The notes under the pieces are model-generated. The model was not told the DNA's origin. It saw nothing but the letters and a program-made list of their open reading frames with translations, and ran no database searches. Shown one piece after another: positions 1-10,530 of a DNA stretch of 53,827 bases. Both the position numbers and the translations under genes were made by a program. The stretch is from assembly GCA_964407715.1 (NCBI GenBank), contig CAYOWP010000002.1, forward strand, positions 1 to 53,827, read 5' to 3'. Numbering within the stretch: the stretch's first letter is position 1; each line of letters begins with the position of its first letter. The DNA is from an uncultured archaeon (lineage in GTDB: Archaea; EX4484-52; JAADEF01).

Positions 1-3000
1 TGTTTGTTCCATAAATAGAGAGTCCAGTATGGAGCATATGGGGTGTGTGGGTAAGAGTAGTTGATTATGCCTAAAGAAATTCCTCCGTATTTTGCCATGG
101 GAGTATATTTGCCCCCACCTGATGCTAGGCTGTGGGCATTGAAGGCTTTAAAGCCCTGCAAAGCTTTGCCTTTCAATCCTATAGCAAAAAGAACGGCATT
201 AAGAAGGCTTATTCTTCTTGGATCTGTTCCGTTTTTGCCTCCTGCATTTATATTATACTCTGTAACAAATAAATCAAACGTTTTGTTGAATTTTTGTTTA
301 TATTTGGTTAACATGTAAGACCAGTTATACTTATAAGTGCTTCTTGCACAGTAGACCATTTTTTCTGCTTCCTCTAGTACAACAGAATCTGTCCTCCATA
401 ATCTATCATTAACGTTTAATGGCTTGTTATTATTAGGAGGATAATAGATATTATAGATATTGCTTTTATTATAAGGATACATACAAGTTCCTCCTTGCAT
501 ATATTGCCTTACAGCATAGAATTCAAATGGAAGGGAATTATTGTAGAGGTAATCGAAAAGGTAATATGGGCCATTGGTTTCTTGTCTTCCGACATTTTCT
601 ATACCAAGGAATATATCCTCTCCTAATTTTATGTTTTCAGGAAGGGATTGATTGATTTTGTTTCTGGTGTAGTTGTAGAGTTCTATGTAGCCTTGGAGAT
701 CTGTGAGCCAGAGATCGTTTATTATTACCGCATAAATTTTGGTTAGGTTTAAGCTTGTAAGGGTATGGTTTATTATATCCCAGGCAAATTGGGCGTAGTC
801 TGTTTCATTAGGCCAACAAGTGGTTGTGTTATACGGCATGCCTGGTGGGAATGCATCAGGACAGTCTCCTATTTTTATTATTGGTGTTGCGTTCAAGGTT
901 TGGGTTACATAGTTGATTATTAGATCGTATTCCGTCCAGTTGTATTGATTGCATTGGTGTGTGGTTGTGTTCCATGAGGTGCAGGGACCTTCGGTTTCGG
1001 AGGGGAAGCCAAATGTGAACACAGCTAGATACTCTCCTGTTACAGCTTTTATTTGCGTTGTATTCAATGTATCTATTACAGATAGAACTTTACTTCCAAT
1101 AGAGAATCCTGTTGTTAGGTTTACTGTGCCTATAAGATTTGTATAATTTACGGTAAGGTTTATTTTTATTGGATAGGAGAGAGAGATATTAAACTCTGTG
1201 GTTTGGGAAGTTAGGGTTAGGTTTGTGCAGAGATATGCATGAGTTAAATCTTTAAAGTTAAAACTCCAATTTGCTTTAGGATCAGGGATTATGTTCCAAT
1301 ATTTTGTTATGTTTGGATAATTAGATGTTCCCCAAGGGAAATAAAAGAATGAAGGATAGAGTATGTTTGTGCATAGGGTTATGTTTGGATATGTGTTGTT
1401 TATTAATATGTCTTTTGGTATTGTTAGGGTTATTGTGTAATTTATTTTATTATTGGAGGATGATTTTTGGTTTTTTATTTTTATTTGGTTTTTTATTGGG
1501 ATTTTGTATTTTAGGAGTAGGGTTATGTTGGGTTCTGGTGGGGTTATGTTTAGTTGTCCTGTGGTTTGGTCATAGGATAAAGCAGAAAGATAATGTTGCT
1601 TTATTTCTTCAGGGGTTAAAGCAACATTATAGATTTTGAGGTTGTCTATTGCTCCTTTTAGATTTTTGCCTATTATCAAGTCTGTGGTAGAGGTTGCTAT
1701 ATTGGAATGAAGTAATGGGTAAGTGGCAACTAATTTTCCATTGATATATAGGGAGAGATTACCATATTTGGCTGTGAATGCTATATGATTCCATTTATGC
1801 AAATTAGAGGAATTGAAAGGATATTCTATGAATACGTAATTGTCACTGCCATATTGTTCTTCTTTTACTCCCATGAGTAGACCATCTTCCCATCCGTAGC
1901 GCCATACTGTTACCCATTGGTTTGAGATGTTTGCCTCTAATCTGACTTCATCTACCCATGCTGTGCCTGTGGAGTTAGTAAAACCTAATCTGTTAATTCT
2001 TACATAAGCTGCATCTGAGGTAAGGGTTTTTACATTGCTTACGTTTTCTGTCCAGTCATAGGAATAGTTTTGGCAGTAGGTAGGGACAAGATGAAGATCA
2101 AAGGTCGATATTTGATCTTTTGAGGAATTCAGAATTCTTCCTACAAGTGCAAAATTGTGCCAGCTAACTGTTTGACTGCATGTGATGTTTTCTCCTTTAG
2201 ACCACACTCTCCATCTTAAGTGGGTTGCGTTATCTGGAATTCGGATATAAGCAGAGGATCTGTATTTTGCATCATTTGGATATTGGAATTCCTCTTGGTG
2301 AAATTTTACTGAATTATTTCCTATTATACCTGTGCCTCGGTCAATAGTTATGCTACAAGTGGAACACATTGGGTCTGGTACAGCATAAAAAGGTGCTTTT
2401 ATTGGCTGATTGTTCGGAGGTCTATATAGGTAAAGGAAGTATTCGTCTTTGTCTATTATTTTTGCTGTTTGGTTGAAGGATTCAGGTTTTAACCAGAATT
2501 CTATAGTAAGTTCTTGATTTGGTTTAAGATATGGGGAGTTCTTAACTTGGATATAGCCAGTTCCATTTAAAATTAAAGCTTTATCTTGGATTCCTCTTGT
2601 ATAGGAAATATCTTTTCCTTCTGCAAAATGGAAATGTCCTGATGAATCATAAAGATTATTGTCAAATTTTATGGATAAAACTGTGTTTTCAGTATTATGA
2701 ATATCTGGATTTGTATCTATTACTGGGTATAAAGATTTGTACATATATTGGATTTCGTAAGGGGTTAAAACTCTTGTGTAGATTCGGAAATCATCAATGC
2801 TACCGTTAAGGCCTTGGATAGTACCATGAACTCCTATTTTTAATGGATCAGTTGTATTGAATTTTAATGGTAAATTTATTTCTTTTGTGCTTATTAGTTG
2901 CCCGTTTTTGTAGATTTTGGAGATGTTTCCGTCATAAGTCCAAACAAAGAAATTCCATTGGTTGTCATTGTACCAGTCACCAGAACCGAGCCAGTGGGAT

Positions 3001-3651
3001 TGGGTTTTGAAATATATATTTAAATATTCTTCACCGCTTCCATTAGCTATAATCCATCTTAAATCTTCATCCGGATGTCTTCCCTTTGCATATATACTAC
3101 CATAATTATTCATAGGAAACCTAGGTTTTATCCAAAAGGCTATAGAGATTTGTTTTATGTTTTTCCATACTTCCAGTGGAATAGTAGAAACATTAACATA
3201 TTCTGTGCCTGTGAAATCCAAGGCACATCCATGTACTCCAGGAACCCATTGAGGGTTATTTACTAAAGTTCCGTTATATCCGTGACCTGATGTGTCATGT
3301 GCTGTTGTGCCAGAGCATTCATCAAACTTTAATGCTAATAGAGTAGAGTTATCATTATATATATCTGTGTCATTTACATATCTCCATACAGAGGGATAAA
3401 CAGCTCCTGAAGGTAAAGTTAGCGTATAAGTTCCATTATAGTTTGTGAATGTTATGTTTTGAAGGATAGTTATGTAATTATAGGAATCATCTTGTATTAT
3501 TGGGATGTTTTCTTGGAATGTGGTGGAGAAATTTACATTTCCAGATGCATAAACGATAAAGAGAAATAGAAATATCGAGAGTAGAGAAAAAATTGTAACA
3601 TAAATTTTAGTTATCTCTCTCTCTCTCTCTCTTCAGAGAGGTTTTTGGCAT
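1..3651 (-). CDS. Large secreted LamG-LamG(+CBM-like insert)-clan GH-A-like surface protein; 5' frameshift at (AG)9 tract; runs off the left window edge
   Basis: Not in the ORF track. My minus-strand translation found no stop in the frame from 3614 to the window edge. It shows a signal peptide (ITKIYVTIFSLLSIFLFLFIVYASG), LamG motifs (LKFDECSGTTAHDTSGHGYNGTL, QWNFFVWTYDG, GSIDDFRIYTRVL, WNHIAFT, GAIDNLKIYNVAL) and GH-A-like motifs (YNWTEYDLII, LFVTEYN). The ATG at 3651 is out of frame by one AG unit. Confidence 0.85.
3614..3631. repeat. (TC)9/(AG)9 simple sequence repeat in the first codons of the surface-protein gene
   Basis: Counted directly: TCTCTCTCTCTCTCTCTC at 3614-3631. Confidence 0.95.
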
Positions 3652-3674
3652 AAAAATATAATATATTGAAGGGA

Positions 3675-3689
3675 TTTATATAATTTTCT
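3675..3689 (-). promoter_or_regulatory. BRE/TATA promoter for the LamG surface-protein gene (likely leaderless)
   Basis: Minus strand reads AGAAAA-TTATATAAA, ending 24 bp upstream of ATG 3651, the typical archaeal leaderless spacing. Confidence 0.55.
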
Positions 3690-3705
3690 ATTAACATTGC
3701 CCAAA

Positions 3706-4145
3706 GGCATTGTCCAATAATTCTTTATTGTTAAGCGGAAACTTAACCTCTTACAGAAGTGCATGAGAGCAGTTAACTGTTGAATAGGGCTATGCTTCCC
3801 GTTAACCAAAATTTTTTATTTTTGAAAAAATAATGGTTAACGTGCAGGATCGCTAACACAAAGGTATTGCAGCATGCTAACCTTTCTTCAGGTTAGTTGC
3901 TTCCCAAACGCTCAGATGGATTAGCATACCATAAAGTGCCTTTTGAGAAGGTATGTCTCCCCGTTAACCATTTATCTCAAATAAATAAAATTGGTTAACG
4001 CAAAAACTCGCTTTATCACAGGTATTGCAGCATGCTAACCGCCTTGAAAAAGGGTCAGCTGCTTTGAAATGATTTTTGAGATATTATGATTCCCATTAAC
4101 AATCTTCCAAATTTATTTTGGTTAAAAAGCTTGCAGCATGTCAAT
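3706..4145. repeat. Modular palindromic repeat array, copy E1, with left 18-bp cap
   Basis: Cap GGCATTGTCCAATAATTC at 3706-3723. Monomers at 3729-3778, 3835-3882, 3891-3969 (includes extension module), 3993-4040 and 4053-4101, in alternating orientation. Confidence 0.9.
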
Positions 4146-4158
4146 ACATTTTAAATAA

Positions 4159-4938
4159 TCATCTTAACCCATAGAATTCCACAAAATTCTTATATATGGT
4201 GTTGGCAACCTCCTCAATAGAAATCTTTTTTATTTCTGCAATTTTTTCTAATGTTAACTTTACGTTCCATGGATAGTTGATCTCGTTTGGTATTGGAGAG
4301 AGATAAGGAGCATCTGTCTCTGTGAGCATATTTTCAAGATTCAATCTTTTCACAACTTTTTTAACATTCTTGCTTCTTGTTATATTAGTACATATTGCAG
4401 CCAAAAAGCCATGTTCATGTATAATCTCACAATGCTTTGGAGAACCATAACAATGCATCACAACTCTGTTGTCTTTTTTATGATTTGATACAATTCTTAT
4501 CACATCTTCCTCAGCATCCCATGAATGTGTTATGACAGGCAACCTTAATTCATCTGCAAGAGATATTTGCATTATAAATCTCTCTTTCATCTTCTCTATT
4601 TTTTCTTTTTCCTTTACCCAATGATAATCAAGCCCTATTTCTCCAATTCCTATCAAATTTTTTAATTTTTTTGAGGATTGCTTTATAAACTCAAGAGCCT
4701 CCTCAAATTCCTTTTCAGAGAGTTTTATAGAATCAACAGGATGAATACCTAAGGTGATGAGAAATCTCTCTTTATTTGAAAACAACTCTACAGCTTTTTT
4801 ATTCCATATATCATTTGCCCCAGAGACCACAACATATCTCATTCTTTTTTCACATTCCTTTATTACATCATCTCTAATCCCATCAAATTTTTCATGCTGT
4901 AAATGTGAATGATTATCTACCAATGGCAATTCATCCAT
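4159..4938 (-). CDS. tatD: TatD family deoxyribonuclease
   Basis: DNHSHL, GIHP, IGEIGLDY, HCY and ETDAPY motifs. Confidence 0.93.
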   Translation of the reverse strand: MDELPLVDNHSHLQHEKFDGIRDDVIKECEKRMRYVVVSGANDIWNKKAVELFSNKERFLITLGIHPVDSIKLSEKEFEEALEFIKQSSKKLKNLIGIGEIGLDYHWVKEKEKIEKMKERFIMQISLADELRLPVITHSWDAEEDVIRIVSNHKKDNRVVMHCYGSPKHCEIIHEHGFLAAICTNITRSKNVKKVVKRLNLENMLTETDAPYLSPIPNEINYPWNVKLTLEKIAEIKKISIEEVANTIYKNFVEFYGLR

Positions 4939-6793
4939 TGTTTTTCACCTTATTATATATCTTTGCTATATCTTTTGCATCTACTCTCATACCGTATTTA
5001 TTTTTTAAATGAGCTATTATCTCGCTTAATCTCGCATCTTTCATTCCAACAATTTCCTTTTCTATTTTCTCCTCAGAAATCTTCCAAAGATTTTCTTTCT
5101 CAATAATTGCATCAGGATGATTTTGGTCTTTATATGATTTTGCAAGCACATACAAAAAAGCATCCTTGCTTATCCTATTATTTGTATAATGCTCAATGCA
5201 TATAAGAGCAAAAGAAGGATTCTTTAGCACATCTATCTTTTCCTTTCTCTCAACATCCCTAACTACATTCAAAAGAACATTTATCTTCTCTTTTGTTTTT
5301 GTCTCAAAGAACTCCTTATTCTCGATATAAATATCAAAATACTTTGATTCCAACAATTGAGATACGATTTCCTCATTCAATTCCCTTGCCCTCAACTCTT
5401 CTTTAATTTCATCTAAACTCTTTGGAAGATCTCTCTTTAATTCCTCTATGAAATCATCATCTATTAGTATTGGAGGAACATCTGTCTCAGGATACATCCT
5501 TGCAGAGCCAGGTAAAGGGCGTAGATATGTTGTATCTCCGCTATCCAAAACCTTACGTGTCTCATTATTTAAACCATCATTAATAAGTGAAACAAAGAAT
5601 CTTTTAATTTCCTCTCTCACATCTTCTGCAATCTCTTTGCTACCAATAACAAAAATTATTAAATCTTGTGGAGAATATTTTTGTGTTATGATTTTCTCGG
5701 CCTCATCCTTTATATGATATCTTCCAAGATCCTCATCGCTATGAATAAACCCGCGGCTTTTTGTTCTGACCTTTACATAACCAGCAATCTCATTGCCCAA
5801 AGTTCTGGTAGGAGTTAATTTTATCCTAAAAAGCCCTTTCATGTCTTTAATAGCAAACACATAAACTTCCTTTCCTTTAAATAAATTGCTCTTACTATCC
5901 TTAAAATACTCGCTTACATTTATCACATCAGTTATCCTTAAGTTATAATTACGCAATTTTTCTCTCAACTTTATTAAAGCATATTGTCTCATGACCTCCT
6001 TTTTCACAATTTCATGTAGCATATCAATATCTTGCACTCCCTTAATTTCAACTCTGCATCCTTTGTTTATAGAGATGTTTATATCCTGTCTAATGCTTCC
6101 TAAACCTCTCTGATAGTATCCAGTACTTTTTAATAAATCTCCTATCTTCTTTGCTGTTTCCTTAACATGCTCAGCATCTTTTAAATCAGGAGAAGTAGAT
6201 ATTTCTATTAATGGTATTCCCAATCTCCTGAGATCATATATCACTTTGCTCTCATCTTGTGAAATGATTTGCGCACTCTCCTCTTCTAAGCATACTGTTT
6301 CTATTCCAACATCTCCTTTAGATGTTTCTATTTTGCCTTTATAGCCAATAATTCCTGTTCTTTGGAATCCTGTAGTATTTGATCCATCAACAACAATCTT
6401 ACGCATGAAAATGATTTCAGGAGGTATTTTACATTTAAGCAACAAGCATGTCTTCAATGCACGTGATATGGTTTCTTTTTCTGGTAATAGAGGAGGTTCC
6501 TCATCAGCATCTATTAAGCAACATCCCTTATCATAAAAGACATATTCATAGTATCTTCCCTTTTTTACCTCCTCAAGAGCTGCCTTATCTATCTCCTCTA
6601 TTTCGCTTTTAGATAATGAAAGCACCCTCCTTATTCTTAAAACCTCTTTTGCATCCTCAACCTCATTTAAATTTCCATTACATCTACAAAAAAGTTTCTT
6701 ACCTTTTAATCTCCTATGTATCTCTATACCTGCTTTGAAGCCCAATGCCTGATAATCTATCTCCTTAAGAAGAAACTCGTCTTCTCTAAACAT
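4931..6793 (-). CDS. gatE: Glu-tRNA(Gln) amidotransferase subunit E
   Basis: GFKAGIEIH, KLFC, MRKIVVDGSNTTGFQRT, RGLGSIRQDINISI and RPLPGSARMYPETD motifs. Confidence 0.96.
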   Translation of the reverse strand: MFREDEFLLKEIDYQALGFKAGIEIHRRLKGKKLFCRCNGNLNEVEDAKEVLRIRRVLSLSKSEIEEIDKAALEEVKKGRYYEYVFYDKGCCLIDADEEPPLLPEKETISRALKTCLLLKCKIPPEIIFMRKIVVDGSNTTGFQRTGIIGYKGKIETSKGDVGIETVCLEEESAQIISQDESKVIYDLRRLGIPLIEISTSPDLKDAEHVKETAKKIGDLLKSTGYYQRGLGSIRQDINISINKGCRVEIKGVQDIDMLHEIVKKEVMRQYALIKLREKLRNYNLRITDVINVSEYFKDSKSNLFKGKEVYVFAIKDMKGLFRIKLTPTRTLGNEIAGYVKVRTKSRGFIHSDEDLGRYHIKDEAEKIITQKYSPQDLIIFVIGSKEIAEDVREEIKRFFVSLINDGLNNETRKVLDSGDTTYLRPLPGSARMYPETDVPPILIDDDFIEELKRDLPKSLDEIKEELRARELNEEIVSQLLESKYFDIYIENKEFFETKTKEKINVLLNVVRDVERKEKIDVLKNPSFALICIEHYTNNRISKDAFLYVLAKSYKDQNHPDAIIEKENLWKISEEKIEKEIVGMKDARLSEIIAHLKNKYGMRVDAKDIAKIYNKVKNNG

Positions 6794-6803
6794 AATATCA
6801 CAA

Positions 6804-7580
6804 CTATAAATATTTTTTCATCATTTTTAATGCGAGATCTCTCTGGCGAACGAGAATTTCCTTTATTTCTTTTATCGTAAAGCTACCATCTAAACTCTTC
6901 TGAAGTGAAACAATTTTACCATCATCCCTAACACCAACTGTTAATCTAGCTTCAATCACATCCTCTTCCTTATCGTTTGGATCATAAAATATTACATTTC
7001 CAACTTTATATGCTGTCAATGATAATACTTTATGCTGTATTGGCAATTTGCCTTCATATTCTTTCTCTATAATCTCATAATTTTCATCCAATTTCGGTAT
7101 TTTCGCATCTAATAATGCACTCATAGCTGCCAAAGCCATTGCATCATATATATTTCCAGCATTGTTAATCAGATACAAATCCAAAAAGATAATCCACACC
7201 TTTTCCCCCTCCACTAAGCACAACTTTTTTAAATCAATTACTTTGCCTTCTCTTATTCCTCTATCTATTACTCTACCAACCTCTATCTCATCAACTCCGG
7301 GTGGTCCAGGTTCAATATCCGATGAGGAAGTAGGAAGAAACTCTGCAGATGTTATGAGTATCCCTTCATCTGGCGTATCCTTAAATGGCTCTCCAACTTG
7401 CATCTTTACTCCTGCAATCACATGTGTCTCTCCGATTTTCACACTTGCAGAGCCTTCAGCATTAACATTTGTTCCTCTTTCTATCTTTATTTTTCTATAT
7501 TCATCCAATCTCCTATCATCTAATCTCTCTCCAGATATTATTCTTCTTTTTATAAACTCTAATGCTGTCTGAGTTATCAT
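6804..7580 (-). CDS. rrp42: Exosome complex subunit Rrp42
   Basis: RLDDRRLDEYR, AEGSASVKIG, PFKDTPDEG and RVIDRGIR motifs; operon position. Confidence 0.95.
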   Translation of the reverse strand: MITQTALEFIKRRIISGERLDDRRLDEYRKIKIERGTNVNAEGSASVKIGETHVIAGVKMQVGEPFKDTPDEGILITSAEFLPTSSSDIEPGPPGVDEIEVGRVIDRGIREGKVIDLKKLCLVEGEKVWIIFLDLYLINNAGNIYDAMALAAMSALLDAKIPKLDENYEIIEKEYEGKLPIQHKVLSLTAYKVGNVIFYDPNDKEEDVIEARLTVGVRDDGKIVSLQKSLDGSFTIKEIKEILVRQRDLALKMMKKYL

Positions 7581-7591
7581 AATATCCCTCT

Positions 7592-8317
7592 TTACTCATT
7601 TATGAGATACCTCTCATATTTTCTCTGTAATGCCCTCTTCTGAAGTTTATATATCTCTATACATCCCTTTTTTGCCAACTCTATCATCTCATGTATTTCA
7701 TCTACATCAGTTATTCCATCCATCTGTAAGAGAACAACCTCGTCTGTTGAAGGTAAATAAGCAAATGGCAAATCCACAGCATTTTCCACATCCTCCTCCT
7801 CTTTATTTAAATCAAGGACAATCTCTCCATTAACCCTTCCAACAGCTACTGCTGGCAATAAATCTCTCATATGTATGCCTGCATCTGCCAAAGCAACTGA
7901 TGCTGCTGTAAGTGCAGCAACTCTTGTTCCAGCATCTGCTTGAACAACCTCCAAGTAAACATCTATTGCTGTTCTTGGATAATCCTCTAAAAATACCACT
8001 CTCCTTAATGCATGTTCTATAACCTTACTTATTTCCATTGATCTCTTATCAGGACCTGGTTTCTTTCTATCAGGCACAGAGAAAGTTATCATATTATATC
8101 TTACTCTCAACAGAGCTTTTTCCTGATCCTCTAAATGTTTCGGAATGACTTTACGCGGACCATACACGGCTGCGAAAACTATTGTCTTTCCTGATTGAAC
8201 CATGGCTGACCCATCTGCCTTCGAGATAACACCTGCTTCTATAATATATGGCTTCCTTAATTCATCCCTCTTCCTGCCATCAATCCTTACAAATTCATCT
8301 TTTTGTTTCTTTGTCAT
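7592..8317 (-). CDS. rrp41: Exosome complex exonuclease Rrp41
   Basis: RIDGRKRDELR, ADGSA, AAVYGPR, ADAGTR and DLNKEEED motifs. ATG 8317 preferred over GTG 8326. Confidence 0.95.
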   Translation of the reverse strand: MTKKQKDEFVRIDGRKRDELRKPYIIEAGVISKADGSAMVQSGKTIVFAAVYGPRKVIPKHLEDQEKALLRVRYNMITFSVPDRKKPGPDKRSMEISKVIEHALRRVVFLEDYPRTAIDVYLEVVQADAGTRVAALTAASVALADAGIHMRDLLPAVAVGRVNGEIVLDLNKEEEDVENAVDLPFAYLPSTDEVVLLQMDGITDVDEIHEMIELAKKGCIEIYKLQKRALQRKYERYLINE

Positions 8318-8325
8318 GTTTCTCA

Positions 8326-9042
8326 CTAAGATTTAAGCTTTTCTTCTATTAACTTACCTACCATATCTGTCAAACCTTTTTTTAATGAATTCTCTTCAAC
8401 ATACATTATGGCCTCTGCAGCAACATCTGCATTTTTTCCATAAATCCAAATTCTGCCATTTTGTCCAACAAGAATTCTTGTTTGTGTCTTCTCTTTTATT
8501 ACTTTAATCATGCTACCTCCTCTTCCAATTACCCTTGGAACCTTTGATGCAGGAATTTCAATCACATATCCTTTATGCAATTTCTTTGCTTGTGGATCTT
8601 TCATGGTTAAGTTTATATATTTTGTCTTTGTAACCCTAAATATCTTGGCATATATTAAATCTCCAACATCATATATGTTTGAGATGTCAACCTCTTTATC
8701 TATAAAATCTGCTATATCATATATGCCCAAGAAACCATCATAAGGAGAATTTATATCTACTAACCAAAAGTTTACTCCTATGTCTATTATCTCTCCAATA
8801 ACATAATCTCCAGGTTTTGGTAGATATATTCCATTTAAAGGAATAACATTTATCACTGAGCCTCTCTTCTTTACAATTCCAACTGTCTTAGATATTATCT
8901 TATTCTCTCTTCTATAAACTCCTGATCCTGGGATAGCATCCAAACCTTCATAAATAATCTCCCCTGGATAAACAATCTTAGTGATATCGCTCAGGGAATT
9001 TATTTTCTCATCTTGCTTTTGTGAGGATGTTTTTTTAATCAT
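8326..9042 (-). CDS. rrp4: Exosome RNA-binding subunit Rrp4
   Basis: S1 and KH domains: YLPKPGDYVIG, VDINSPY, PRVIGRGGSMI, VGQNGRIW. Confidence 0.95.
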   Translation of the reverse strand: MIKKTSSQKQDEKINSLSDITKIVYPGEIIYEGLDAIPGSGVYRRENKIISKTVGIVKKRGSVINVIPLNGIYLPKPGDYVIGEIIDIGVNFWLVDINSPYDGFLGIYDIADFIDKEVDISNIYDVGDLIYAKIFRVTKTKYINLTMKDPQAKKLHKGYVIEIPASKVPRVIGRGGSMIKVIKEKTQTRILVGQNGRIWIYGKNADVAAEAIMYVEENSLKKGLTDMVGKLIEEKLKS

Positions 9043-9043
9043 A

Positions 9044-9742
9044 TCATTTCCCTCTTTTTATTTCTCTTATCTCTCCTTCACCTTTTGTTAACTTATTTAC
9101 AGTGCTAAAAAGAGCGTCTATTAATCCTGCAGGGATTTCTATTTGGCAGACATAGTGTGTGGTACCCCAATCTTCAGATTTTATTTTTCCAATTCTGCTT
9201 AACTCATTTCGCATCTTACCAGAGATATCTAATGTACATCTTATCTCATATATCTTTGATTCAATCTTTATAGGTAACACGGATCTCAATGCAGATATTG
9301 CATCTTCTATTTGTTTTTCTACACTTTTAAAAGGATCAACTCTAAATTTCACTTGCTCCATTGCATGCTCTATACGTGTAGGAGTTAATGGAAGGTTTGT
9401 TTGAGCATCTATTGCGTGTGTTGAGATAAAATTTATTATTTTTCTCTTCTTTTCCTCTATGATCTCTCTTCTTTGCTCCTCTGTTAATTGTATCTCTCCT
9501 TTTTGTATGATTTCTTTGCATATCTCATAGAATGATTTTTCTCCAAAAATCTCTTTTATGTCTCTCTCTTTGGCCCTCTGAGCTTTTCTTATATCCTCGA
9601 ATATGCCATCCCCTATTATAATTTCTGAGATATCAACCTTATCAGGATGTTTTAAATACTCATTGTATTTATTCCAATTTAACAATATCTCAAATTTTTT
9701 TCCTTTTATTTTATATCTTGCTATAATTTCTTTTACTTTCAT
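9044..9742 (-). CDS. Ribosome maturation protein SBDS/Sdo1
   Basis: KFEIL, KGEIQLT and IEIPAG motifs; conserved position between psmA and rrp4. Confidence 0.93.
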   Translation of the reverse strand: MKVKEIIARYKIKGKKFEILLNWNKYNEYLKHPDKVDISEIIIGDGIFEDIRKAQRAKERDIKEIFGEKSFYEICKEIIQKGEIQLTEEQRREIIEEKKRKIINFISTHAIDAQTNLPLTPTRIEHAMEQVKFRVDPFKSVEKQIEDAISALRSVLPIKIESKIYEIRCTLDISGKMRNELSRIGKIKSEDWGTTHYVCQIEIPAGLIDALFSTVNKLTKGEGEIREIKRGK

Positions 9743-10440
9743 ATCTTTACACCTATCTTTTTAATATCCTCCTGAGACAATTCCTTATATCCTGTTTTTT
9801 CATCAATAATGCTCATCTGTATATTTGCATCCTTTAATTTTCCTTCTAGTTTTAATAATTTTATGCTTAACATTGCTGCTTCTTTTAATGAAAGTGAAGC
9901 ATCCCATTCTTTTTCCAATATCTCATTCGCTTTATCTTCTTCTCTTCCTATTGCACGTGCATTGCATTGTATGAGAATCCCAGAAGGGTCAGTTTGATAA
10001 ATTGTCTTACCTTTTTCATCTATTCCTCCTATAAGTAAGCTAACTCCAAATGGTCTCACTCCAGCATATTGTGTATAGGATTGAATTCTATCAGCTATGT
10101 ATTTTGCTATGCTTACAACACTTGGCTTTTCCTCATATAATAATCTATGTTGCTGTGCCTTTAATCTTGCTATATCTATCAATACTCTGCTATCTCCAAC
10201 AAATCCGGCACTTGCAGCACCTATAAAATGATCTATTTTATAGATTTTATCTGCTGGCTTAACCAATCGAGATTGTTTTGTTCTTGATGCAAAAAGGATG
10301 CCATTCTTATAAATCATTACAATAGCCATTGATCCTTTTTTAACTGCTTCTCTTGCATATTCTACTTGAAACAATCTTCCATCTGGAGAAAATACTACTA
10401 TTGCTCTGTCATATCCCATGCTCTCAGGAGTTAAATCCAT
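9739..10440 (-). CDS. psmA: Proteasome alpha subunit
   Basis: GYDRAIVVFSPDGRLFQVEYAREAV and RPFGVSLL motifs; GAGGTGA Shine-Dalgarno upstream. Confidence 0.97.
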   Translation of the reverse strand: MDLTPESMGYDRAIVVFSPDGRLFQVEYAREAVKKGSMAIVMIYKNGILFASRTKQSRLVKPADKIYKIDHFIGAASAGFVGDSRVLIDIARLKAQQHRLLYEEKPSVVSIAKYIADRIQSYTQYAGVRPFGVSLLIGGIDEKGKTIYQTDPSGILIQCNARAIGREEDKANEILEKEWDASLSLKEAAMLSIKLLKLEGKLKDANIQMSIIDEKTGYKELSQEDIKKIGVKI

Positions 10441-10530
10441 TTATCTCACCTCTCAAAACATAGGAAATCACTCATCAATATTTAAATAAAATAATTATGA
10501 AAATTTAAAAAATTGGAAATTATAAAATTT

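Noticed and set aside
61-3266. Short plus-strand ORFs, including the hydrophobic 1325-1639 ORF
   Set aside because: Antisense shadows of the long minus-strand LamG gene.
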